From: Candidatus Beckwithbacteria bacterium GW2011_GWC1_49_16
GTDB lineage: Bacteria > Patescibacteriota > Microgenomatia > UBA1400 > CG1-02-47-37
Assembly: GCA_001029675.1 (NCBI GenBank)
Contig: CP011210.1
Coordinates: 948,891 to 1,012,890, forward strand
DNA: 64,000 nt
Direction: 5' to 3'
Below are positions 35,854 through 45,659 of the stretch, one piece after another. Position 1 is the first letter of the stretch. The number at the start of each line of letters is the position of its first letter. The notes beneath the pieces were generated by a model. The model saw nothing but the letters and a program-made list of their open reading frames with translations, had not been told where the DNA came from and did not search any database. A program made the position numbers and the translations under genes.

Positions 35854-37484
35854 TACATTCCGCCCATGCCGCCCATGTCGGGCATGCCGCCGCCAGCCTT
35901 AGTCTCGTCTTTTTCAGGTAGGTCGCAAATTAAAGCCTCGGTGGTGAGGATCATGCCGGCCACAGAAGCGGCGTTTTGGAGAGCCGAACGGGTGACTTTG
36001 GCGGGATCAACAATACCCTGGGACAGCATCGAGCCAAACTCAAGCGTTAAGGCGTTGAAGCCAAAGTCGGCTTTGCCCTCTTCGACTTTTTTGACCACCC
36101 AACCGGCTTCGGCGCCGGAGTTTTCGGCGAGTAATCTCACCGGTTGCTTGAGGGCGAAACGCAAGATTTCTAAGCCGACTTTTTCGTCTTCGTTATCAGG
36201 AGTAACACCCTCTAGAGTTTTGATGGCTCGAAGCAGGGCCACGCCGCCTCCTGGGACAATGCCCTCTTCGATGGCGGCCTTGGTGGCTTCGACGGCGTCT
36301 TTGACGCGCTCTTGAGTTTCTTTGAGCTCGATCTCGGTGGCGGCGCCGACGTTAATGACGGCGACTCCGCCGGAAAGTTTGGCCAGGCGCTTTTCGAGAT
36401 TTTCTTTGTCGTAGTCGGAGTCGGAGCGGTCGATCTCCTGCTTGATGGCGGCGATTCTGGCGTTGATATCCTTCTTGTTACCCTTGCCGCCGATGATGCG
36501 ACAGTTGTCTTTGTCGGCCCAAACTTTTTCGGCCCGGCCGCAGTCTTCGACGGTGGCCGAATCAAGTTTTCTACCGGTGTCTTCAGAGATGACCGAGCCA
36601 CCGGTTAAAATGGCGATGTCAGTTAACATCTCTTTTCTTCTGTCGCCAAAGCCGGGGGCGTTGACGGCCAGGATGTTAAAGGCACCGCGCAATTTATTGA
36701 CTACTAAGGTAGCCAAAGCCTCACCCTCAATGTCGTCGGCGATAAGAACAATGTTTTTGGTGACTTTAACGGCAGCCTCCAGGAAAGGGAGTAGGTCGGA
36801 GATGGCGGAGATTTTCTGGTCGGTGATTAAAATCAAAGGCTCTTGGATTTCGGCTTCCATGGTGTCGGGGTTAGTGACGAAATAGGCCGAAGCGTAACCT
36901 TTGTCAAACTCCATGCCCTCTTTGTGGTCGATGGACATTTCAAAACCTTTGGATTCCTCGACTTCGACGACGCCGTCGCGGCCGGCCATTTTGAGGGCTT
37001 CGGCGATTTTGGCGCCGATTTCGGGACTGGCGGAAGAAATGGTGGCCACTTGGGTAATTTCCTGGTCGCCCTTGACGTCTTTAGCCATTTTTTTGATTTC
37101 TTCAACCACCGCGGCTACTCCCTTGTCGATGCCTCGTTTCATCAGCATCGGGTTGGCGCCGGCGGTGATGTTTTTCAAACCCCTGGAGACAATGGCTTGA
37201 GCCAGAAGGGTCGAGGTGGTGGTGCCGTCGCCGGCAACGTCGTTGGTTTTGGAGGCAGCTTCTTTAATCAGTTGGGCGCCCATGTTTTCAAAAGGATCCT
37301 CAAGGTCGATTTCTTTGGCGACGGTGACTCCGTCGTGGACGACGCTGGGGGCGCCCCATTTTTTGTCCAGAGCCACGTTTCTGCCTTTAGGGCCTAAGGT
37401 GGTAACCACGGCCTTGGAAAGAAGGTTGATGCCTTTTAAGAGTTTTTGGCGGGCTTCTTCGGAGAAAAGTAATTGTTTGGCCAT
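35853..37484 (-). CDS. groL: Chaperonin GroEL
   Basis: [24 protein letters not shown] tail. Confidence 0.98.
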   Translation of the reverse strand: MAKQLLFSEEARQKLLKGINLLSKAVVTTLGPKGRNVALDKKWGAPSVVHDGVTVAKEIDLEDPFENMGAQLIKEAASKTNDVAGDGTTTSTLLAQAIVSRGLKNITAGANPMLMKRGIDKGVAAVVEEIKKMAKDVKGDQEITQVATISSASPEIGAKIAEALKMAGRDGVVEVEESKGFEMSIDHKEGMEFDKGYASAYFVTNPDTMEAEIQEPLILITDQKISAISDLLPFLEAAVKVTKNIVLIADDIEGEALATLVVNKLRGAFNILAVNAPGFGDRRKEMLTDIAILTGGSVISEDTGRKLDSATVEDCGRAEKVWADKDNCRIIGGKGNKKDINARIAAIKQEIDRSDSDYDKENLEKRLAKLSGGVAVINVGAATEIELKETQERVKDAVEATKAAIEEGIVPGGGVALLRAIKTLEGVTPDNEDEKVGLEILRFALKQPVRLLAENSGAEAGWVVKKVEEGKADFGFNALTLEFGSMLSQGIVDPAKVTRSALQNAASVAGMILTTEALICDLPEKDETKAGGGMPDMGGMGGM

Positions 37485-37509
37485 ACTTCGACTACGCTCA
37501 GTACAAGTA

Positions 37510-37806
37510 CTACTTGACTAGAGCAAGTACATCCTTGAATTCGATAAATAGTAACTCGTCTTTGTCGGTGGCGCCCATTTTGACTTCGTTGCCGCCCCAT
37601 TTTTTGTAGATAATGCTGTCGCCGACTTGGCAGGGGGCCGGTCTCTTGGCCCCGGAGTCGGTGATTTCGGCGGGGCCGACTGCCAGAACCTTAGCCTGCT
37701 GGGGTTTTTCGTCGTGGGAATCGGGCAAGTAAATGCCGGAGGCGGTCTTTTTGGCCATGTCTTCCGGTTTAACAAGAATGTAGCCGGCGGTGGGTTGAAA
37801 TTTCAT
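37510..37806 (-). CDS. groS: Co-chaperonin GroES
   Basis: [18 protein letters not shown]; upstream of groL. Start trimmed to ATG 37806. Confidence 0.95.
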   Translation of the reverse strand: MKFQPTAGYILVKPEDMAKKTASGIYLPDSHDEKPQQAKVLAVGPAEITDSGAKRPAPCQVGDSIIYKKWGGNEVKMGATDKDELLFIEFKDVLALVK

Positions 37807-37808
37807 AG

Positions 37809-37861
37809 TTATCACTCAATTAATGTAAGTGCTATTTTAACAAGCAATAAAAACTTGTCAA
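37809..37861 (-). promoter_or_regulatory. groESL sigma70 promoter with CIRCE-like (HrcA) operator
   Basis: TTGACA (37856-61), 16 nt, TAAAAT (37834-39); ATAGCACTT-N9-GAGTGATAA (37809-35) vs consensus TTAGCACTC-N9-GAGTGCTAA. Confidence 0.75.
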
Positions 37862-37878
37862 GGGCTGGTTAATCCCTG

Positions 37879-37916
37879 TTGACAAAAACTGCCACTTGTA
37901 ATAACATAGTTATTAC
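37879..37916 (+). promoter_or_regulatory. Toxin-antitoxin promoter with palindromic operator
   Basis: TTGACA-17-TAACAT; perfect inverted repeat GTAATAAC-ATA-GTTATTAC (37898-37916) overlaps the -10. Confidence 0.72.
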
Positions 37917-37917
37917 T

Positions 37918-38160
37918 ATGCCCTACCAAAGTATTTTTAAAGCTGGTAACAGCAACGTGGTTACCATTCCGACCGAGTTAATGAAAGAGCTTAACTTAAA
38001 AATTGGCGAAAAGGTGGTGGTGGAAAAATCACCGGTCGGTCAGGGTTTCTTGGTTAAAAAGGCGCCATCAAAAAGACCTTATCAAGACGAAATGCTTCAG
38101 TGGTTTAAAATTTTTGTCAAAGAAAACGGCGCTATTTTAGATGAGCTGGCAGTACGTTGA
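37918..38160 (+). CDS. AbrB/MazE-family antitoxin
   Basis: AGNSNVVTIP...L.L..G; C-terminal 'L.ELA'; overlaps the doc gene. Confidence 0.85.
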   Translation: MPYQSIFKAGNSNVVTIPTELMKELNLKIGEKVVVEKSPVGQGFLVKKAPSKRPYQDEMLQWFKIFVKENGAILDELAVR

Positions 38161-38530
38161 TATCGGCGAGGTTTATACCATTCACCAACTGATAATCAAA
38201 AGGGCTGGGACGAAGGCAAGCATCAGAGATTTTACTCTTCTTCACTCGGCAGTGGAGCGACCAAAAGCCAGCTTTGCTGGAAAAGATTTATACGCCAGTG
38301 TCTATACCAAAGCGGCGGCTTTGCTCCAATCCCTGTGTTTAAATCACCCCTTTAGTGACGGCAATAAACGGACTGCTTGGGCTACCACTCATCGCTTTTT
38401 ATGGAAAAACAAATGTCACTTAAAGGCTAAAACCAAAGACGCGATTGAGTTTATGATTTTTGTTGACATCAAAAAACCGCCACTCGAGGTTATCGCGGCG
38501 TGGCTAAAACAAAGAACTAAGAAATTTTAA
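38141..38530 (+). CDS. doc: Death-on-curing (Doc/Fic) toxin
   Basis: LL.SAV.RP and [11 protein letters not shown] (Doc-type NKR). Confidence 0.88.
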   Translation: MSWQYVDIGEVYTIHQLIIKRAGTKASIRDFTLLHSAVERPKASFAGKDLYASVYTKAAALLQSLCLNHPFSDGNKRTAWATTHRFLWKNKCHLKAKTKDAIEFMIFVDIKKPPLEVIAAWLKQRTKKF

Positions 38531-39278
38531 GATCGATAAAATAGCCCACCAAGTAAGCGGCTAAGGCGGCAATCGCCCCAACCAGGAGCATTTCGATGCC
38601 GGAGCGGAGCGGGTGGCGGCGGGTTACAAGGGTGCGCAAAGAGCCGACGGTGAAAAGGGCTAAAGCGGTAAAGATGATAGATAAGTCAAAAGGGCTTAGG
38701 GGGGAAAGGCGGGCAAAAACGTAAGGTAAAAGGGGGAAAAGGCCGGCGACGGAAAAGGCGATAAAAGTTGCCAGGCCATTTTTGACCGGGCTGGCGTCGT
38801 CTTCGGCGATGAGACCTAATTCCTCGACCATCATGCAGTCGACCCAGACTTTTTTGTCGGCGGTAATGATAGCGACGGCTTTTTTAAGATCTTGGCCTTT
38901 GAAACCCTTTTTTGCCATGATGGCTTCGACTTCTTTTTTCTCCAGGTCGGGGAGATGGTCGACTTCCCATTCTTCCATTTTCCGCTCGCGTTTGATGTAC
39001 TCGAGCTCTGATTTGGTGCCCAAATAGTTGCCGATCGCCATGGCCAAGCCGTCGGCCAGAAGGTTGGCAAAGCCCAAAATCAAAACGATCGCGGGGGAAA
39101 GTCTGGCGCCGGCAACGCCGGCGACCACGGCAAAAGTGGTGACGATACCGTCGTTGGCGCCGTAAACCACGTCTCTGATATAAGTGCCGCCGATGGTGGC
39201 GTGATAGGTTTCTTTGGCGGTGCCTTGGAGGTGTTGGCGTCTGGCCTCGGCGATTTTCTGTTTTAGGCTTTGGGGCAT
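38517..39278 (-). CDS. VIT1/CCC1-family Fe/Mn transporter
   Basis: [32 protein letters not shown]. Confidence 0.9.
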   Translation of the reverse strand: MPQSLKQKIAEARRQHLQGTAKETYHATIGGTYIRDVVYGANDGIVTTFAVVAGVAGARLSPAIVLILGFANLLADGLAMAIGNYLGTKSELEYIKRERKMEEWEVDHLPDLEKKEVEAIMAKKGFKGQDLKKAVAIITADKKVWVDCMMVEELGLIAEDDASPVKNGLATFIAFSVAGLFPLLPYVFARLSPLSPFDLSIIFTALALFTVGSLRTLVTRRHPLRSGIEMLLVGAIAALAAYLVGYFIDLKIS

Positions 39279-39279
39279 A

Positions 39280-39750
39280 CTAGATTTTCCCCTCAAAAGT
39301 AATATCTAAGGGTTTGAGGTTGAGGCGTCGGTAAAATTTGATGGCGCGGGTGTTTTTATAATAGCAGTTCACCTGGAGAGTGCGGAGGTTGTTTTGGCGA
39401 CACCAACTTTTAAAAGCGGCAATGAGCCTGGCGCCTACTTTTTGAGATCGGTACTGGGGGAGAACGCCGATGTTTTCCAGCTCGGCTACGCTTCTAGTGC
39501 GATAAAAAAATGCTTTCTTTTTGCCGTTGAGGTAGCCCGCTGGTTTTCCGTCAATTTCGGCGATTAAGCAGCAGAATTTTTTATCCGAGGTAATTTCTTT
39601 TAAATATTTTGTCCCTGCGCGGGTAAACTCCCAGTCTGGATTGAAAAAGGGGTCAAACCGGCTGTTGGCAGTAAAAATTTCGTGGTTTAATTTTTGAATT
39701 TTTTTCCAGTCTTTGAGCTTGGCTTTTCTGATTTTTACAGGAGGGCTCAT
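39280..39750 (-). CDS. GNAT N-acetyltransferase
   Basis: V.P.YRSQKVG, N..AI.FY. Confidence 0.85.
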   Translation of the reverse strand: MSPPVKIRKAKLKDWKKIQKLNHEIFTANSRFDPFFNPDWEFTRAGTKYLKEITSDKKFCCLIAEIDGKPAGYLNGKKKAFFYRTRSVAELENIGVLPQYRSQKVGARLIAAFKSWCRQNNLRTLQVNCYYKNTRAIKFYRRLNLKPLDITFEGKI

Positions 39751-41135
39751 TTAATTGATTGTAACATTTTGCTGGTAGAGACCCTTGGGTTGTGGGGTAA
39801 AACGACTTTGAGGCGGCCGCCTAATTTTTCCATGATGCGGCGTTTTTCTTTCTGGTTGGGGGTGCTGGCGGAGACGGCCAGGATGTCGGGGCGAATTTTT
39901 TTGATGAGGGCCTCGTGGGCGGCGGGAGAGAAAAATTTCTCCGGCAGGGCAAAGACTTGGTCGGCAATTTTCAAGCGGCGCAAGTTAATCAAGCGCCGGC
40001 TGATGGGGTTGATCGGCCGACCCGGGCCCTTAAGCAGGCTAACCCGGGTGTCGGACTCGACGCCGACTAATAAAATGTCGCCCTGTTTTTTGGCGGCCTT
40101 TAAAAATTTTACGTGTTCTGGATGGAGAATATCGAAAACGCCGGTGGCGAGAACTTTTCCTCTTTCCTTCCCAATAAGGTCCGACCTTTCGCCTGCCGGC
40201 GAGCCCTTCTCGGCTGGCAGCCGGGAATTCCTGTTAAGGTCGGACCTTGATAGCCTAGACAGACGCTGGCGGTATTTTTTCATGACGATTTGGCCGGTGG
40301 GGCGGGGGTGAAAAAAGGCCTGGTGGGGGCCTACCCTTTCGCGGGTAATTTTTGGCTTCATGTACCAAAGTTGGAGGCGGAAGGCGAAGGACTCCAACCA
40401 ATCAATAAGGTCTGACCTTCCCCGATGTGACTTCGGGGGCACCTTCTCGGCTTGCAGCCGGGAATTCCTGTTAAGGTCAGACCTTTGTAAGCGAAAAGAG
40501 TTCGGGAGAAAGCGGGTTACCCAAGAATTGGAGGCAATAAATTTTTGGTAAGTGCCATCTTTGTTAATCAAGGGTTTGACTTGAGCCACTTCGTGGGCGG
40601 TGTAAAGGTTGCGACGAGAGGCGGGTACGGCCAAAGCCGATTCGTCCAGCCAGAGATTAAGACAAAGTTTGTCGGCCACCTCCGAGGAATCCATTCGGCC
40701 ACCTCGGAGGTGAGGAAACAATAAAATCGTTGCCAGCAAGCGGGTGAGCCAGAGGCGATTTTTTGAGGTAACCACCATCAAATCAATGTCGTCGTTTTTG
40801 TCGGCATTCTTCATGGCCAGAGCGCCGGTGACGGCGACCAGCCTGACCGTCGGAATCAGTTTTAACCAGCCGGCGACGCGGCGGGCTAACCTAAGCTTGG
40901 CGGCCGAGATTTGGGCGCGGCGGCGGCGGAGAGCCACTAAATGAGAACGGCCTTTGAGGTGGAAATATCGGCTGGTCTTTACTATAAGGTCCGACCCACC
41001 CTGCGGGTAAATAGCGCCTGCGGCGCTTTCCTTAATGGGTCGGACCTTTAAGTCGCCGGCTATCTGCCACCTAATAATTTCGCTAGCAGTCAGCGGGTAA
41101 TCAAAAATATCCGCGTAGGCGACGGTCTTAAACAT
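39747..41135 (-). CDS. Fusion of a nucleotidyltransferase-like domain and a cytidylyltransferase (TagD/FAD-synthase-like) domain, with in-frame repeat inserts
   Basis: TGALA...DDIDL (polymerase-beta-type NTase); TGVFDILHPEH (HxGH-like), KGPGRP, STSK. Confidence 0.72.
   Translation of the reverse strand: MFKTVAYADIFDYPLTASEIIRWQIAGDLKVRPIKESAAGAIYPQGGSDLIVKTSRYFHLKGRSHLVALRRRRAQISAAKLRLARRVAGWLKLIPTVRLVAVTGALAMKNADKNDDIDLMVVTSKNRLWLTRLLATILLFPHLRGGRMDSSEVADKLCLNLWLDESALAVPASRRNLYTAHEVAQVKPLINKDGTYQKFIASNSWVTRFLPNSFRLQRSDLNRNSRLQAEKVPPKSHRGRSDLIDWLESFAFRLQLWYMKPKITRERVGPHQAFFHPRPTGQIVMKKYRQRLSRLSRSDLNRNSRLPAEKGSPAGERSDLIGKERGKVLATGVFDILHPEHVKFLKAAKKQGDILLVGVESDTRVSLLKGPGRPINPISRRLINLRRLKIADQVFALPEKFFSPAAHEALIKKIRPDILAVSASTPNQKEKRRIMEKLGGRLKVVLPHNPRVSTSKMLQSIK
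40176..41048. repeat. Three AAGGTCNGACC-bounded palindromic elements plus one CACCTCCGAGG element inside one CDS
   Basis: 40176-40248, 40407-40485, 40986-41048 and 40677-40712, read directly. Confidence 0.85.
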
Positions 41136-42634
41136 TACTTATTGGCGGCTAGACCATACTGGGACAGAACCTGGCTGACACCCTGGGAGAGGGTGTCGGT
41201 GATTTTTTTCTCGGGCTCGTTTTTAAGGTAGGAGTTGATGGCATCTTGGTAGTATTTAATCAGCCGGTCGTTTAAGCCGTTGTCAAAGGTGCGGTCGGCC
41301 AAAGGCCAGGATTGGGCCGAAACGGCTTGGGTGATGATGGCGCCCAAAAAGGGGTCTTCTTGAATGGCGGCGGTCATGTCCTGGCGGGGGTAGGGCTCGC
41401 CGAAAAGGCGTTCCTTGCCGGCCAGGTCGTGCATTTTTAACAGCGTTTCTTTGGAGCTTAGGTATTTGAGAAAGTCCCAGGCGGCGGCTTGGGAGTCGGA
41501 CTTTTTAGAGACGCCTTCGAGCCAGTAAGTGGCCCAAGTGATGTTGGTGCCTGGCAGCTGGGGTACGGGATAGAGTCTGAAGTTTAACTCGGGGTTTAGA
41601 GCTTTGATTTCCAAAGCGCGCCAGGAGGGGGCAAAAATCATGGCCACTTTTTCGTCGGCAAAAGCCAGGGTGGAGTTGGGCAGCTTTTCGTTCCAGGAAC
41701 CGTCTTGGGTGGTAAACAGGGTATAAAACTTTAAGGCGGAAGTGACGGTGGTTTGGTCAGGCTTGGTGGGGTCACCGCCGTTTTGAAGAATCATTAATCC
41801 TAAAATGTCGGAGAAATGGTCGACGTTGTTGGTGGTGCCCAAAGCGATGCCGCCGACGAGTAAGTTGCCTTTGGCGTCTTTTTGGGCCAGTTTGAAGGCG
41901 GTGCTTCTAAGATTGTCCCAAGTGGTGGGAATTTTGAGGTCGGCGTTTTGGGCAAAGATACTTTGGTTGACGTAGAGGGCTAAGGCATCAAACTCTAAGG
42001 GAATGCCGTAAAAATTGCCATTGGTAAAGGCGTCTCTTCTAACGATGGGGTAGAAGGTGGTGTCAAACTCGTTTGGCGAGTAGATGTTTTCGGGAACAGA
42101 AGCCAGGTCGGCTTTGAGCATAGGCAGCCAGGTATTGTGCCAGCGGAATATGTCGGGGCCCTCATTTCGGGCCAGGGCCGATTGGAGGCGATCGCGATAA
42201 TCCTTAGGCGACTGGCGGGTGTAGTTGACGGTAATGTTGGGGTGATCTTGGCGGTAGTCTTCGATGATTTTGGCCATGATGCTCTCCGGTTCCCACAAGC
42301 CCCAATAGTCAAGGGTGACAACGTCTGGTTCAGGGGCCTTTCTGAAACGGGGCAAGATGACTTTGGTGACTAAAAGTCCCAGCAGAATAACGACGATCAG
42401 GCCGATGATGACGGGGAAAAAGCGCTTGAAAAACGGTTCAGCCACCGGCGGGGCTTGGGCGGGCTCACCGGGCGGTGGCGTGGGCGGCGGCTGATCTATT
42501 GGTGGGGGCGGGACAGGTTGGGATTGCTGCTCCGCACTTTGGATCGGAAAGGGGGGGCTTTCCGGCGGCGGCGGAACTGGCGGCGGAGCGGCCGGGGGCG
42601 AAACCGGAGGAGTTTGAGTGGGATCGTCGGGCAT
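41135..42634 (-). CDS. Sugar ABC transporter substrate-binding protein with Pro-rich cytoplasmic N-terminus and TM anchor
   Basis: YWGLWE, GPDIF, YGIP...D.LALY.N, P.TW, AAW.FLKYL. Start trimmed to ATG 42634. Confidence 0.82.
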   Translation of the reverse strand: MPDDPTQTPPVSPPAAPPPVPPPPESPPFPIQSAEQQSQPVPPPPIDQPPPTPPPGEPAQAPPVAEPFFKRFFPVIIGLIVVILLGLLVTKVILPRFRKAPEPDVVTLDYWGLWEPESIMAKIIEDYRQDHPNITVNYTRQSPKDYRDRLQSALARNEGPDIFRWHNTWLPMLKADLASVPENIYSPNEFDTTFYPIVRRDAFTNGNFYGIPLEFDALALYVNQSIFAQNADLKIPTTWDNLRSTAFKLAQKDAKGNLLVGGIALGTTNNVDHFSDILGLMILQNGGDPTKPDQTTVTSALKFYTLFTTQDGSWNEKLPNSTLAFADEKVAMIFAPSWRALEIKALNPELNFRLYPVPQLPGTNITWATYWLEGVSKKSDSQAAAWDFLKYLSSKETLLKMHDLAGKERLFGEPYPRQDMTAAIQEDPFLGAIITQAVSAQSWPLADRTFDNGLNDRLIKYYQDAINSYLKNEPEKKITDTLSQGVSQVLSQYGLAANK

Positions 42635-42674
42635 ATATGTTATCATCTTAACAACAGGTGATAGTTGAAGCAAC

Positions 42675-44453
42675 ATGAGACAAGGCTTTAAAAAGCTTTA
42701 TAAAAAAATCGTTAAGCGGCCGAGATTAAAGTGGACTTTAATAGCTCTGGGGGTAGTGACGGTTTTGATGATAGCCGTAGTGGCGGCTTATCATCTAGCT
42801 TTCACCCAAAGGGTGTTTCCGCGGGTCAGCGTGGGGGCGATAGAGCTGTCTAATTTGACCATTCCCGAAGCGGAAAGCCTGCTCGTCAAATCCCTGCCGA
42901 GAGAAATTCCGACGGTTAATTTAGTTTTGGGAGGCAACGAGTGGCCGCTTGAATTAAATAAGCTGCGGTTAAAGTACGAGCCAAAAACCACTGCCCAAAA
43001 AGCTTATCTTTTGGGAAGGGGCGGGAGGTTACTGCCGGACATCGCCGCCAAGTGGCGTTTGTGGTGGCGGGGAGAAGCGATGGACTACAGCTATACGGTT
43101 GACGAGTCGGGGTTGGCGGAGAAGTTAAACATGGTCGCCGATCAGCTCGACGAACCGGCGATTGAGCCCAATTTGACGCTTAGCCAAGACGGCCGGGTGG
43201 AGCTGACGCCGGGAAGAAACGGCAGGTTGGTGGATAGATCCGAGCTAATGGAGCTGGTTAGAGCCAGAATCGGCCGGCTTGACTTTGATCAAATCGGCAT
43301 TCCCATAGAATTGGTCACGGTGGCGGTGGATGGGGGTAAACTCTCGGCAGCGCAAGAAAGGGCAGAGAGGCTTAAAGAAAAAACCATCGAGCTTGACTAT
43401 GACGACAACACAAGACAAGTTTCCGGCCAGGAGCTTTTGGATTTGATTGATTTCAACGGGGGCTTTAGTGAAGTAAAAGTAGCCAGCCTGTCTTCGTTTC
43501 TGGCGGCAGAGATTGACCGGCCGGCGCAAAACGCGCTTTTTAACTTTGACGGGACGCGGGTGGTGGAGTTTAAACCGGCGCTGCCCGGCTTGAAGTTAAA
43601 TGAGGCTGAAGCCAGAGCGATGATCGCCGACAGCCTTGCTAAGCTTGAAGGCCAGGAAGAAGCGAGGCTTGCCGTCAGGTTGCCGCTAACCAAAACCGAG
43701 GCGGCGGTAAAGACCGAAGACGTCAATGATTTAGGAATAAAGGAACTTTTGGGTGTGGGCGAATCGACCTTTCATGGTTCGATTGCCACAAGGGAACACA
43801 ACATCGCTTTGACGGCGGCGAGATTAAACGGCGTCTTGGTACCGCCGGGAGAAGTATTTTCCTTTAACCAAATGGTGGGGGACGTGTCGGCGGCAACCGG
43901 TTATCAGTCGGCTTACATCATCAAAGACGGGCGGACGATTTTGGGCGACGGCGGCGGGGTGTGCCAGGACTCGACCACGGTGTTTCGGGCGGCCTTGGAC
44001 GCGGGCTTGCCGATCGTGGAGCGCCACGCTCATTCTTACCGGGTGAAGTACTACGAGCAGAACGCGCCACCGGGAATTGATGCGACGGTGTATGCCCCGA
44101 GCGTGGATTTAAAGTTTAAAAACGACACCCCGGCACATATTTTAGTTCAGGCTTTAGCCGATACCGGCAGTAATTATTTGCGGGTGGAGATCTACGGCAC
44201 CAGCGACGGGCGGGAGGCGACGGTAGAAAACGCCAAGATTTGGGGACAAGCTCCCCCGCCGGCACCGCTTTACCAAGATGACCCGACCTTACCTCTCGGC
44301 ACGGTCAACCAAGTCGACTGGGCGGCGTGGGGGGCGAAAACCTCGTTTGATTGGCGGGTGACAAGAAACGGTGAAGTGATCAACGAAAAGACCTTTTATT
44401 CTAATTTTCGCCCTTGGCAGGCGGTGTATCTTAGGGGTACCGGCGGGATTTAG
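42675..44453 (+). CDS. VanW-family protein with PG-binding repeats
   Basis: R.HNI, PGEVFSFN, GGGVCQ.STT.F, H..HS, DATVY.P..D.KF.N. Confidence 0.9.
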   Translation: MRQGFKKLYKKIVKRPRLKWTLIALGVVTVLMIAVVAAYHLAFTQRVFPRVSVGAIELSNLTIPEAESLLVKSLPREIPTVNLVLGGNEWPLELNKLRLKYEPKTTAQKAYLLGRGGRLLPDIAAKWRLWWRGEAMDYSYTVDESGLAEKLNMVADQLDEPAIEPNLTLSQDGRVELTPGRNGRLVDRSELMELVRARIGRLDFDQIGIPIELVTVAVDGGKLSAAQERAERLKEKTIELDYDDNTRQVSGQELLDLIDFNGGFSEVKVASLSSFLAAEIDRPAQNALFNFDGTRVVEFKPALPGLKLNEAEARAMIADSLAKLEGQEEARLAVRLPLTKTEAAVKTEDVNDLGIKELLGVGESTFHGSIATREHNIALTAARLNGVLVPPGEVFSFNQMVGDVSAATGYQSAYIIKDGRTILGDGGGVCQDSTTVFRAALDAGLPIVERHAHSYRVKYYEQNAPPGIDATVYAPSVDLKFKNDTPAHILVQALADTGSNYLRVEIYGTSDGREATVENAKIWGQAPPPAPLYQDDPTLPLGTVNQVDWAAWGAKTSFDWRVTRNGEVINEKTFYSNFRPWQAVYLRGTGGI

Positions 44454-44460
44454 GCAAAAT

Positions 44461-45648
44461 ATGGTTCGAAAGCTTCAAAGCCTTAGCTTAAAGCAACTAA
44501 AAAGTTTTCAAAAAGAATTTGAGCGGCAAACTCGAGCCAGGCTGCAACGCCGGGCCAGTTCGCTGGCTTGGTTTGACTCGCTGATTGGGCCGTGGGAGGG
44601 AAAGTTGATGCAAAAAACACCGGTGGCGGTGGTGGAGCTGGGGGGGTCATTTTTGAGGTTGGGGGTGGCAGAAAGCGGCGACGGAAAAACGGTTGGCTGG
44701 CTTAAAAGGCCGCAAAGTCAAAAAGCGGTTAATTACCACCTAAACTCCCAGGATTTTGTCGACTGGCTGGCGGAAAAAACTTTGCCGTTTTTAAAAGCCG
44801 GCCGGGCCAAAAGGGTGGGGTTTATTTTTTCTTACCCCCACCGGCCCAGACTCAACGGCAGGCATATTACCGGAGTGCTTACCAGGCTAACTAAGGCCCT
44901 GGTGATTCCCGATGCTATCGGGGTGAATGTGGGGAAAATGTATCTTACAGCTTTATCCCACCGTGGCTGGCCTTTGAAAAAACTGGTGACTATAAATGAC
45001 ACCGTGGCGGTGGCCTTGAGCGTGCCTGGCGCCTGGATGGGGTTGGTGATGGGAACAGGGGCCAATATTTGCTCTACCCACCCGAAGTTAAAACGCCTAA
45101 GGAACATCGAGGCGGGTAACTTTGACGGCGGGACCCATACTTTGGCCAGCCTAGCCGTTGATTTGCTGGAAAGGCCGGGAGAGCAGACGATGGAAAAACA
45201 AACTACCGGCCGGTATCAATATCGCGTCTTGGCTTTTGCCGCTTTGACGGCGGGAATGAGACCGGAGTTGGCCCGGGCGATCATGGTTGAAGGCGACAAG
45301 GTCGAGTCTGCCTTGGTGGGGAAAATCAGCCGGGGCCAGTTTAATTTATTAAAGTCTGCTTCTTTGACAAAAACAGAAAAACAAGAGCTGAAGATTATGG
45401 CGCAAATAATTCTGGAAAATGCTTGGCAGATGTGGGGGGCGGTGTTGGCGGCAGTGGTAAAAATGAATCCGGAGAGAGTTAAAAACGGGCCGGTAAAAAT
45501 CCCGGTGACGGGCGGGGTGATATTAAATGAGCCGGTCTTTTTTAACGGCCTTAAAGCGACGGTGGGAAAATTATCGGGTAAGAAAATTGAGCTGGTAAAA
45601 ATCGTTGACCCGATCCGCGGGGCAGCGGTAGCGGCGCTCGTGGAGTAA
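44461..45648 (+). CDS. Hexokinase-family sugar kinase
   Basis: ELGGSFLR, GFIFSYP, TK, INDTVA, GLVMGTGAN, NIE.GNF, EK..TG.Y. Confidence 0.8.
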   Translation: MVRKLQSLSLKQLKSFQKEFERQTRARLQRRASSLAWFDSLIGPWEGKLMQKTPVAVVELGGSFLRLGVAESGDGKTVGWLKRPQSQKAVNYHLNSQDFVDWLAEKTLPFLKAGRAKRVGFIFSYPHRPRLNGRHITGVLTRLTKALVIPDAIGVNVGKMYLTALSHRGWPLKKLVTINDTVAVALSVPGAWMGLVMGTGANICSTHPKLKRLRNIEAGNFDGGTHTLASLAVDLLERPGEQTMEKQTTGRYQYRVLAFAALTAGMRPELARAIMVEGDKVESALVGKISRGQFNLLKSASLTKTEKQELKIMAQIILENAWQMWGAVLAAVVKMNPERVKNGPVKIPVTGGVILNEPVFFNGLKATVGKLSGKKIELVKIVDPIRGAAVAALVE

Positions 45649-45659
45649 AATAGAAGTTT

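Noticed and set aside
35845-37521. Long antisense and alternative-frame ORFs over groEL (and similar ones over other GC-rich genes)
   Set aside because: Shadow ORFs caused by codon bias; no recognisable motifs or start signals.
40176-41048. Possible CRISPR array from the recurring AAGGTCNGACCTT
   Set aside because: Units are 13 bp, occur as inverted pairs at irregular spacing inside an open ORF, and no cas genes are present.
42674-42677. Second CATG shared-start overlap (SBP/VanW)
   Set aside because: The SBP more plausibly starts at 42634 (MPDDP), and the -10 spacing is not convincing on both strands.
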